From positions 1,488,001 through 1,552,000 of the forward strand of contig OZ024741.1 of NCBI GenBank assembly GCA_964016885.1: 64,000 bases of DNA. The letters are read 5' to 3'. Below, piece after piece: positions 13,858 through 21,485 of this stretch. Below the pieces are notes generated by a model that was not told where the DNA came from, did not search any database, and saw nothing but the letters and a program-made list of their open reading frames with translations. Source of the stretch: Eledone cirrhosa. Its lineage: Eukaryota. A program made the position numbers and the translations under genes. Position 1 is the first letter of the stretch. The number at the start of each line of letters is the position of its first letter.

Positions 13858-13990
13858 GCCTCCCCCCTATTGGGGATTTCGATTATTGAAATTGTTTGTT
13901 TTTATATTTTTTACACGACTGTATGTAAAATCCCCGGCATGTCTTTGTATTGTCCCCTTTCTTGTTGCGCCCTTGTGGCTAATAAAGAAA
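13858..13990 (+). mobile_element. 133-bp copy of the 3' end of the adjacent Tx1-like element (5'-truncated copy or terminal repeat)
   Basis: Matches 19687-19819 with 2 substitutions (GATTATT/GATTGTT; TTTGTATT/TTTCTATT). It ends in AATAAAGAAA and is flanked by TCTA repeats. Confidence 0.95.
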
Positions 13991-14306
13991 TCTATCTATC
14001 TCTCTTTCTGTCTAACGTGTGGAATATCGCCGGTAAGTTTTTTGTTAACTTCTATGCAAAAAACCGATCTAATTGTTGGAAAAAAATACAACACTTTGTA
14101 GATTAACCCCCAAGCTGAATTGTCAGCTGGGTTGTAATCCCATTTTTCGCCCCTGTATGGGGCGAACATTTTATTTAAAAGTTTGTTTTAAAATATCAAA
14201 TTTTACAAAGTAAAAAAACTTGAGCAACACTAGAACGCTGGAGAACGTTAATAGAGAAAAGACAGAGAAAGAGGCAGATATTAACGTTATATCTGCTTCT
14301 GCTGCT

Positions 14307-16097
14307 ATGGACGTTGCCATAGATACTGTCACAAAAGAAAAAAATATATCAACATTTGAAAATGTTACAATTTCTACTGCCGAAGCGGAGAAAAATGACA
14401 ATAACATACGGGAAAACACGGCAAAAAAACCCATTGACATACATACACATGAAAAAGACATCAACAACTCTACAGATACATCTACACATAAAATTTCCAA
14501 CAACGATAACATCATTATTAACAACAACATCACACAAAAAAAGAAAATGTCTTTCGCTGACACAGTCAACAAGAAACAAGATTTTATAAATCTTGATATC
14601 TCCAACGCAAGAGATATGCTCCAGCAAGGGAGAAAATTTGTAACTTTCGAAGAAAGAGGTGGGTTTAGAATTAACTCACCCCTTGAAATAAAGGAAGACA
14701 CAAACCGCCGATCAGTCACTTTTAGGACTGTGTCAAATTCGTCAAGAAAACCGACATTTGTTAATCAGTCAGATATAGAAGATTCTTTCAAGGAGATTCT
14801 AGGAAATGTCGATTTTCTCCAGCGAGGAAAACAGTACGGAAGTGTTTCCGTACTGTTTAAAAGCGAGGCACTGGCCCCAAAAAACTCTGTGACACCAATA
14901 GTGTCAAAAGCATACACCTTTTTCCCTACATACATGGGGAAAAGGACACAAAAAATAAAAATAAAAAACATACCTCCAAGCATTAACATCTGGTGGATCT
15001 TGGCTGGCTTCGTAGAGCCAGAAACAGACATAATACTTTCGATACGAAAATCCATTCGACAAAGGTGGGCGGGCACCGATTTGGAGATTCTGTTGCAAAT
15101 GAAACCGGAGAGAATCTCCAAAATACCCGAAAGAGTCGTTATTGATAATAAGAACAAAATAAACATTTCGGTAGAAGGAAGAAAATTTCACTGCTTTCGC
15201 TGTGGTAGCACATCTCACCTAAAAGCCTCTTGTCCACAAACACACAACAACAACATCATAAAAAAAACGCTATTACCAACACCAACACCAAAACAACCAC
15301 CACCACCACCACAAGTACAACGACAGACGAAACGAGCAACCACACCAAAACAAACAGACACTCAACCAACAACAACAGAAAAAACAGAGACAACACCCCT
15401 GAAGAACACATCCCCACTCCATCCCACTCCATCAAACACTACCACAAACACACATACCGAAACACCACCACCACCACACAACATACCCTTACCCCACACA
15501 CCTGACGATGATTATTCATCGACGGATGAAGCTGCTTCTCCTTCTTTAAGTGAAGAAGAGGGAGAACCGCGGAAATCCAAAAAACAAAAAAAGAGACACC
15601 ACAAAACCCCCAAAACTCCAATCACCAACACCAACACACAACCACAGACACAAACAACAACACAAACAACACCACAGTCAAAACCCCCCCTATCAGCAAA
15701 ACCAGCACCAACACCACCCCAAACACAAGCACCCACCATAAAAAGAAAACTCCCAGATGAACAACAAACTAAAACAATACAACAAAAACACAAACAACAA
15801 TACGCATACATCAACACAAACAACAAGAGTTTGATGGAGGTCATCTCCCAAAACCCCAAGGTGGAGACAGAGGGCAAAACTTTCGTCAAGGCAGAATCGT
15901 CTCCACACCTTAAACTTATAAGGGTTCCTATGGAAACCTATAAAGACCTGAAAATTAAATTTTCACAGGACGTGGGCAACCCCTGCCACAAACCCATCAA
16001 CCGCGTCCTGTTGAAAGGTTTCCCCACCCCACCCAACACCCCATCCAGCACCCAAATGGAGATTGAACAACCCGATCTCCAGGAAACGAAAAGGTAA
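14307..16097 (+). CDS. Retrotransposon ORF1 protein (gag-like nucleic-acid-binding protein)
   Basis: The frame is open from 14214 and the first ATG is at 14307 (the track uses TTG at 14220). It has an N-terminal SFADTV motif typical of L1/Tx1 ORF1, a CX2CX4HX4C knuckle CFRCGSTSHLKASC (15192-15233), a Pro/Thr/Gln-rich tail, an acidic patch and a basic NLS-like PRKSKKQKKRHHK. Confidence 0.88.
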   Translation: MDVAIDTVTKEKNISTFENVTISTAEAEKNDNNIRENTAKKPIDIHTHEKDINNSTDTSTHKISNNDNIIINNNITQKKKMSFADTVNKKQDFINLDISNARDMLQQGRKFVTFEERGGFRINSPLEIKEDTNRRSVTFRTVSNSSRKPTFVNQSDIEDSFKEILGNVDFLQRGKQYGSVSVLFKSEALAPKNSVTPIVSKAYTFFPTYMGKRTQKIKIKNIPPSINIWWILAGFVEPETDIILSIRKSIRQRWAGTDLEILLQMKPERISKIPERVVIDNKNKINISVEGRKFHCFRCGSTSHLKASCPQTHNNNIIKKTLLPTPTPKQPPPPPQVQRQTKRATTPKQTDTQPTTTEKTETTPLKNTSPLHPTPSNTTTNTHTETPPPPHNIPLPHTPDDDYSSTDEAASPSLSEEEGEPRKSKKQKKRHHKTPKTPITNTNTQPQTQTTTQTTPQSKPPLSAKPAPTPPQTQAPTIKRKLPDEQQTKTIQQKHKQQYAYINTNNKSLMEVISQNPKVETEGKTFVKAESSPHLKLIRVPMETYKDLKIKFSQDVGNPCHKPINRVLLKGFPTPPNTPSSTQMEIEQPDLQETKR

Positions 16098-16138
16098 GTG
16101 CACCTTTCGTCCTTTTTCTCCAACTTTTCTTCACCAAC

Positions 16139-19100
16139 ATGGCTGGTTTACGAGATGGAACCGTGAATGTGCGTGGCCTAGGGATGCCCTGGAAACAGGG
16201 CCAACTTTTAAACGACCTTAGGTCACACAGTATGGATGTGATAGCCATCACCGAGTCCAGAATCCACAACAGGCAGCAACTAACCCCCATCTTCGACGAC
16301 TTTGAGATCTACGCATCTCTCTGTCAGCCAGGAGGTGGAGGTGGAGTGGCTGTTATGTTTCGGAAGAACCTGGACGTCGGAGTACAGCAAGTACACTTGG
16401 ACCCGGAGGGTAGACTGGTAGTCCTAGACGTGAACAGTATCGGAGGTGGAGCCTTCAGACTGATGGCCGTTTATGCCCCGACCGGGCAATCGCAATCACG
16501 GCCAGACTTCTTTAAGCGTCTAGAGTCTTTTCTGGGAGCGTCTCGCTCCTTACTTTTAGTGGGGGACTGGAATGGTATCCTAGATGCACGATGGGACTAT
16601 GTGGGAGCATATCCCAGTAGAGCGGGGTGCAACAGCCTCAAAACTTTAATCGGCCAATTCCAACTGGCCGATAGGTATCGACTGGATTTCCCGACTGCAC
16701 CACAGTGGACGTGGGTAAACCGCAGTGGGACATCTAGATCGTATTTAGATAGGTTCTTCATTAGAGAAAGGGACAAGGATATGTTAAGCTGTCCACGAAT
16801 GCACATGGTTGCCTATTCAGATCACAAGTTAGTCGTCTGCTTAGTCAACCGTGATAGAATACATAGACAGGGTCCCGGATACTGGAAGCTGAACGTGTCG
16901 TTGCCGGCACGTAAAGCTTACAGTGAACGGATAAGTAAACTAGTCAAGCAACAGTTAACGGGAGCCATCGTCAACAATAGATGGTGGTACTCTCTCAAGA
17001 AAGCAATTAGAATAGAATCGATAGGGTATAGCAGAGAGTTAGCCTTAGAGAAAAACAGAATAGAAAGAGAACTAGTAGCCAAGGTAGAGGAGGCACTTAG
17101 AAGTGGCAACGCGGCTAGAGTGTTAGCGTCGAGAACGGCACTGGACCAGTTCTTCGATGCGAAACACGAAGGCTGCGTGGTCAGAAGCAAAACACGTGCT
17201 CTAGGAAACGAAGGAGCGAAAGCTGTCAGCTGGGCCCGAGTGGCGGAGGCAAAAAGTGGCAACAAGTCCACGATTCGGTCTTTGAAAGACCAAAACGGAC
17301 GCGTGCTACTTGACCCCAAGCAAATGTGCGCGGCCTTTCAGCGGCACTTTACGCGACTGTTTGAGCAGAACGACGGTGAGCCGAACGGGGCAATGGACTT
17401 TAGTTCATACCTCGACGGCCTGCCGCGTCTCTCGAACACGGACGCCGAGTTCTGCGAAAGACCGATCACGGACACTGAGATACGGGACGCTCTGGGCCGC
17501 TGCGGGAAACGCAAGTCACCCGGTCTAGATGGTCTACCCTACGAATTTTACATAGGCATGCCGGACTTGTTCTCTGGCGTCCTCGAAGCCGTCTACTGCA
17601 ATTGGCAGCAGAACGGGAGAATTCCCAGTTCTGCAGGCAAGGGCGTAGTAACGCTGATCAGGAAAGACGAGAACAAGGGGGACGAAATTAACAACTTCAG
17701 GCCCATAACTCTGCTCAACACAGAGTTAAAGATTTTGGCCAAGGTGCTAGAGACGAGGTTGGCGCTTGTCGTCGAGAACCTGGTAGGGAAAGCGCAAACG
17801 TGTGCAATCCCGACCAGGTCCATACACGACAACCTCCACCTCATGCGATACATCATAGAGAGGGTGGGTAGTAAACCCGGCTTCGGTGGGGCTCTGATCA
17901 ACTTGGATCAGTCTAAGGCATTCGATAGGGTCGACCATCGATACTTGGAAGCGGTTCTCAAGGCGGCCGGTTTCGGTCCCGTGTTCAGAGGATGGATCGA
18001 GGCGATGCACACCAGCATCTGCTCGAAGGTCAAGGTGAACGGCTACCTATCGGAGCCGTTCGCAATCACGCGTTCCATTCGACAGGGATGCCCTCTCTCC
18101 TCCATTCTGTATGTATTGACTCTAGAGCCACTACTGCGGAAATTGGAGCTGTTGCAGGGCATCCCCCTAGAACCGGGACTGCGCAAAGCGGCGTCGGCTT
18201 ATGCCGACGACGTGACAGTAATGGTGTCGAGCACCTCGGAAATCGGGGTGATTGGCAACATACTGAAAGAATACGAAACGCTGACGGGAGCAAAACTAAA
18301 CCCAGACAAGTCTGTCGGTTTGCAACTCGGTACGTGGAGAGGCAAACCGATGACATCCGACAGCGTCGTTGGACGCTGGACGGACGGACCGGTGAAATTG
18401 CTCGGGGTCTGGTTCGGTCCAGACCTCCAGGTGGAGAAAAACTGGAACGAGGTCACGGCCAAGGTGTTTGCACTCACTCAGAAGTGGGCAGAGTGCAAAC
18501 TGTCCTTGAAAGGTCGAGCGGAGGTGGCGAACACTTTCATAGCGTCCGTCATCTACTACCGCTTGACTGACGTGCCTTGTCCCCGTGAACACCTCGCCAA
18601 GATGGAACGCATGCTCTTCCAGTTTCTGTGGAAGAAGCAGGCTCCGCTGGTGAGGAGATCCGTCTGCTGTCAGCACCCTTCCAACGGAGGGCTGGGAATG
18701 CCGTGGCTGATGATGCGCAAACATGCGCTGAGGCTGCGGCATCTCCAGGTATTCCTCACCGACCCCCAACCGGTGTGGGCACCGTTTGTGAGACAGGCTT
18801 TCCCACAGCTCGTCTCGCTAACGGAGCTGCAGTCCTGGGTGAAGAAAAGACCGAAAACGATGGGCGCCTGGCACATTGAATGCGCTCAGGCGCTCACAGT
18901 CCTCTGGCAAGCGGGCGCAGCAATCAGTGGAGACTCCACTTCGACATTCTATAGAGGGATTGTACGTTACAAGGGCGACGACGTGCTCGGAGAGACTCTG
19001 GGCGTCGAAGACGATGAGCTCACCAGTATGTTTGGTAGGACTTTCCGCCCGGGACCTATGGACAACTTCCAGAGGTCCCTGGCCTGGCAGTGCTACCGAG

Positions 19101-19585
19101 GAGCTCTACCGGTTCGTGACAAGATCTACAGCCACGGACGCCCTGGCAGGGATCCTTCCAAGAGGACGTGCCCAAGATGTGCGCAGGACATTGAAACAGT
19201 TCTGCACGCAATTGTACACTGCCCGGGCGTAAGCGACCTGTGGAACTATGCAGAACAACTGCTGTCGCGTATGGGACAAATACAGTTGACTGCCGAGTCC
19301 ATAGTAAGGATCAAACCGCCAGACTCTTTCAAAAACGAAAGAGAGGCGGTTTTCCTCTGTACGGTGGCTATGGTGAAAGAAGTTATATGGTGGACGAGGT
19401 TGAGAGGACTGAGGACAGATGCCTTTCTCTCCGGACAACAATTGATTCCCTTCTTTAAGTATCACTTTAGAAGGAGAATCAGGGTGGAGAGAGAGGCACT
19501 GCACCCCAGTAAATTTACTGAAAGGTGGGTGAATGAAGCGAAAATGGCCCGAGTGATTGGGCCTTCTCTGTTTATAAGCCTGTAG
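16139..19585 (+). CDS. Retrotransposon ORF2 polyprotein, 1148 aa: AP-like endonuclease, reverse transcriptase and C-terminal Cys/His zinc finger
   Basis: APE motifs TVNVRGL, AITES, VYAP, GDWN, LDRF and SDH (16817), followed by GPGYWKLN. RT motifs KSPGLDG, FRPITLLN, DQSKAFDRVDH, RQGCPLS, YADD (18200-18211), LGV and GGLG. C-terminal CPRC...ETVLHAIVHC (19169). No stops or frameshifts. Confidence 0.97.
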   Translation: MAGLRDGTVNVRGLGMPWKQGQLLNDLRSHSMDVIAITESRIHNRQQLTPIFDDFEIYASLCQPGGGGGVAVMFRKNLDVGVQQVHLDPEGRLVVLDVNSIGGGAFRLMAVYAPTGQSQSRPDFFKRLESFLGASRSLLLVGDWNGILDARWDYVGAYPSRAGCNSLKTLIGQFQLADRYRLDFPTAPQWTWVNRSGTSRSYLDRFFIRERDKDMLSCPRMHMVAYSDHKLVVCLVNRDRIHRQGPGYWKLNVSLPARKAYSERISKLVKQQLTGAIVNNRWWYSLKKAIRIESIGYSRELALEKNRIERELVAKVEEALRSGNAARVLASRTALDQFFDAKHEGCVVRSKTRALGNEGAKAVSWARVAEAKSGNKSTIRSLKDQNGRVLLDPKQMCAAFQRHFTRLFEQNDGEPNGAMDFSSYLDGLPRLSNTDAEFCERPITDTEIRDALGRCGKRKSPGLDGLPYEFYIGMPDLFSGVLEAVYCNWQQNGRIPSSAGKGVVTLIRKDENKGDEINNFRPITLLNTELKILAKVLETRLALVVENLVGKAQTCAIPTRSIHDNLHLMRYIIERVGSKPGFGGALINLDQSKAFDRVDHRYLEAVLKAAGFGPVFRGWIEAMHTSICSKVKVNGYLSEPFAITRSIRQGCPLSSILYVLTLEPLLRKLELLQGIPLEPGLRKAASAYADDVTVMVSSTSEIGVIGNILKEYETLTGAKLNPDKSVGLQLGTWRGKPMTSDSVVGRWTDGPVKLLGVWFGPDLQVEKNWNEVTAKVFALTQKWAECKLSLKGRAEVANTFIASVIYYRLTDVPCPREHLAKMERMLFQFLWKKQAPLVRRSVCCQHPSNGGLGMPWLMMRKHALRLRHLQVFLTDPQPVWAPFVRQAFPQLVSLTELQSWVKKRPKTMGAWHIECAQALTVLWQAGAAISGDSTSTFYRGIVRYKGDDVLGETLGVEDDELTSMFGRTFRPGPMDNFQRSLAWQCYRGALPVRDKIYSHGRPGRDPSKRTCPRCAQDIETVLHAIVHCPGVSDLWNYAEQLLSRMGQIQLTAESIVRIKPPDSFKNEREAVFLCTVAMVKEVIWWTRLRGLRTDAFLSGQQLIPFFKYHFRRRIRVEREALHPSKFTERWVNEAKMARVIGPSLFISL

Positions 19586-19809
19586 GTTGAGGAAGAGAGC
19601 AAAAGGAAGAAAGGAGCACTTGCACAACACGCTCCTCGAGTTGAGGGTTGTTCTATCGACGGGGTATTAAACAACCCATTTGTGGCGCCTCCCCCCTATT
19701 GGGGATTTCGATTGTTGAAATTGTTTGTTTTTATATTTTTTACACGACTGTATGTAAAATCCCCGGCATGTCTTTCTATTGTCCCCTTTCTTGTTGCGCC
19801 CTTGTGGCT

Positions 19810-19815
19810 AATAAA
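19810..19815 (+). promoter_or_regulatory. Polyadenylation-signal hexamer AATAAA at the retroelement 3' end (duplicated at 13981-13986)
   Basis: AATAAA lies 4 nt before the element end and is followed by TCTA repeats rather than a poly(A) tract. Confidence 0.6.
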
Positions 19816-19845
19816 GAAATCTATCTATATATATACATATATATA

Positions 19846-20275
19846 ATTAAGGTTTAGCAAATAAGAAAAAGTTTCTAAATAAATTTCAAAAAATTCACTG
19901 TACTTACTATTGTTACCTTTACCGAATCGGTTTCGAGTCTCAAAAATAAATGGACAGTCCTTGCGGCCTTCCATTGAAAAGATAAACTCTCGTCAGAAGG
20001 TTCTTTTCACTCGGAGAATATAAAATTCCCAAGTTCAAATTACGAACTGGCGCTATTCAAAATCGTTCCCGAGATGAGAATGAATGATGTGGAAGCAATT
20101 CTGTCCAGTGCCGTGTATAAAGATAGAAGCAGAGGCAGGGAGGTCAGTCTACTACCACTATAAATAGGAGCTGTCTAAACGACCAAATTTTATCTCGACC
20201 AAGAGGAGAAATAAAGTATATATCCCTACACGCAAAAAGCGTATAGGGACACATGTATTGTCCAACCATATGCCA
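19846..20275 (-). mobile_element. Putative non-autonomous hammerhead-bearing element (Penelope-like pLTR or retrozyme-like), about 430 bp
   Basis: A unique island bounded by (TA)n tracts that contains the hammerhead and further hairpins, with no coding capacity. Class is inferred from the known association of minimal type I hammerheads with Penelope-like elements and retrozymes. Confidence 0.5.
19915..20001 (-). ncRNA. Type I hammerhead ribozyme
   Basis: The minus strand reads ACCUU-CUGACGA-GAGU...ACUC-GAAA-CCG-AUU-CGG-UA^AAGGU. Stem I is ACCUU/AAGGU, the CUGANGA and GAAA cores are intact, stem II is GAGU/ACUC with an extension, stem III is ACCG/CGGU, and the cleavage triplet is GUA. Confidence 0.85.
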
Positions 20276-20452
20276 ATATATATATATATATATATGTAGG
20301 AGGTCAGTTTTATTGTAGTACAATAAAGCAATGCAGATATCGGATAAATAGCACTCTACAGTTTGTAGGACTGGAGTATAAATAATAATATATATTGTTT
20401 TTGAAATGCGCATAATAAAATACATGGAACTCTTTTAACCATCTTTTGATCT

Positions 20453-20456
20453 TATA

Positions 20457-20496
<40 letters not shown>

Positions 20497-20538
20497 TATA
20501 TATATATACACACATATATATATATATATACACACACA

Positions 20539-20590
<52 letters not shown>

Positions 20591-20655
20591 AATATATATA
20601 TGTGAGTACACATATATATATATATACACACGTATATATACACACACACACGCAA

Positions 20656-20686
<31 letters not shown>

Positions 20687-20780
20687 GATGAGTGAGTACA
20701 CATATATATACACACACATGTGTCTATATATAAATATATTTATACATATTTATACATACATATACATATATACATATATG

Positions 20781-20817
<37 letters not shown>

Positions 20818-21130
20818 TATGTATGTGTATGTGTGTGTGTGTGTGTGTGTGTGTACGTGTGTATGTATATTTAAGTATGTTAACTGTACTTGTGGCGCTC
20901 AAATTTTAAACTCTATGTTGCAGTTTCCCTTTGTTGTTTGCATAACAACTCTAGCATGCTGTGTTATATATACACATATATGTGTGTATACATATATATA
21001 TATGTGTGTGTATATATACATATATGTGTGTGTATATATATATATATGTGTCTGTGTGTATATATATATATGTGTCTGTGTGTGTATGCGTTTGTATATA
21101 CACACACACACATATATATATATATACATT
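20453..21130. repeat. Compound (TA)n/(CA)n/(TG)n microsatellite field with a short unique island at about 20870-20965
   Basis: Directly visible dinucleotide runs. Confidence 0.95.
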
Positions 21131-21248
21131 GATATACATCGTCTGTTTTATATTATATTTTATATTATTTTATATCTAAACTTTGTTGTTGATGTTTCCT
21201 TTGTTGCTAATAATGGAAAAAACAGTTCAATCCCTACTACATGTCCTG

Positions 21249-21485
21249 CACCATCACCATCACCACCATCACCATCACCATCACCACCATCACCATCACC
21301 ATCACCATCACCACCATCACCATTACCATCACCACCATCACCATCACCATCACCATCACCATCACCACCATCACCATCACCATCACCATCACCACCATCA
21401 CCATCACCATCACCATCACCACCATCACCATCATCATCACCACCATCACCATCATCACCACAATCACCATCACCATCATCACCAT
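21249..21485. repeat. (CAC/CAT)n trinucleotide or (CACCAT)n hexamer repeat
   Basis: Directly visible. It generates the spurious poly-His, Pro-Ser and Thr-Ile ORFs. Confidence 0.97.

Larger units (their letters stand above)
14014..19819 (+). mobile_element. Full-length L1-group (Tx1-like) non-LTR retrotransposon, about 5.8 kb
   Basis: 5' UTR, ORF1 with zinc knuckle, 41-bp spacer, ORF2 with APE, RT and zinc finger, and a 3' UTR ending AATAAAGAAA followed by TCTATCTA. The 5' boundary is approximate, placed after the TCTATCTATCTCTCTTTCTGTCT tract. Confidence 0.93.

Noticed and set aside
14014-14170. snRNA or spliced-leader RNA gene, or HDV-like ribozyme, in the 5' UTR
   Set aside because: The U-rich tract ends in C rather than the Sm-site G, I recognise no U snRNA sequence, and no P1/P2/P3 pseudoknot could be assembled.
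14171-19674. Antisense and alternate-frame ORFs overlapping ORF1 and ORF2
   Set aside because: These are shadow frames with no recognisable motifs.
13858-19819. True LTR retrotransposon
   Set aside because: The repeats lack TG...CA ends and there is no evident PBS, protease or integrase. ORF2 is an APE-RT of the non-LTR type.
20139-20308. Repeated 10-mer GGAGGTCAGT at 20139 and 20299
   Set aside because: Too short to separate from chance, and the second site has no hammerhead core.
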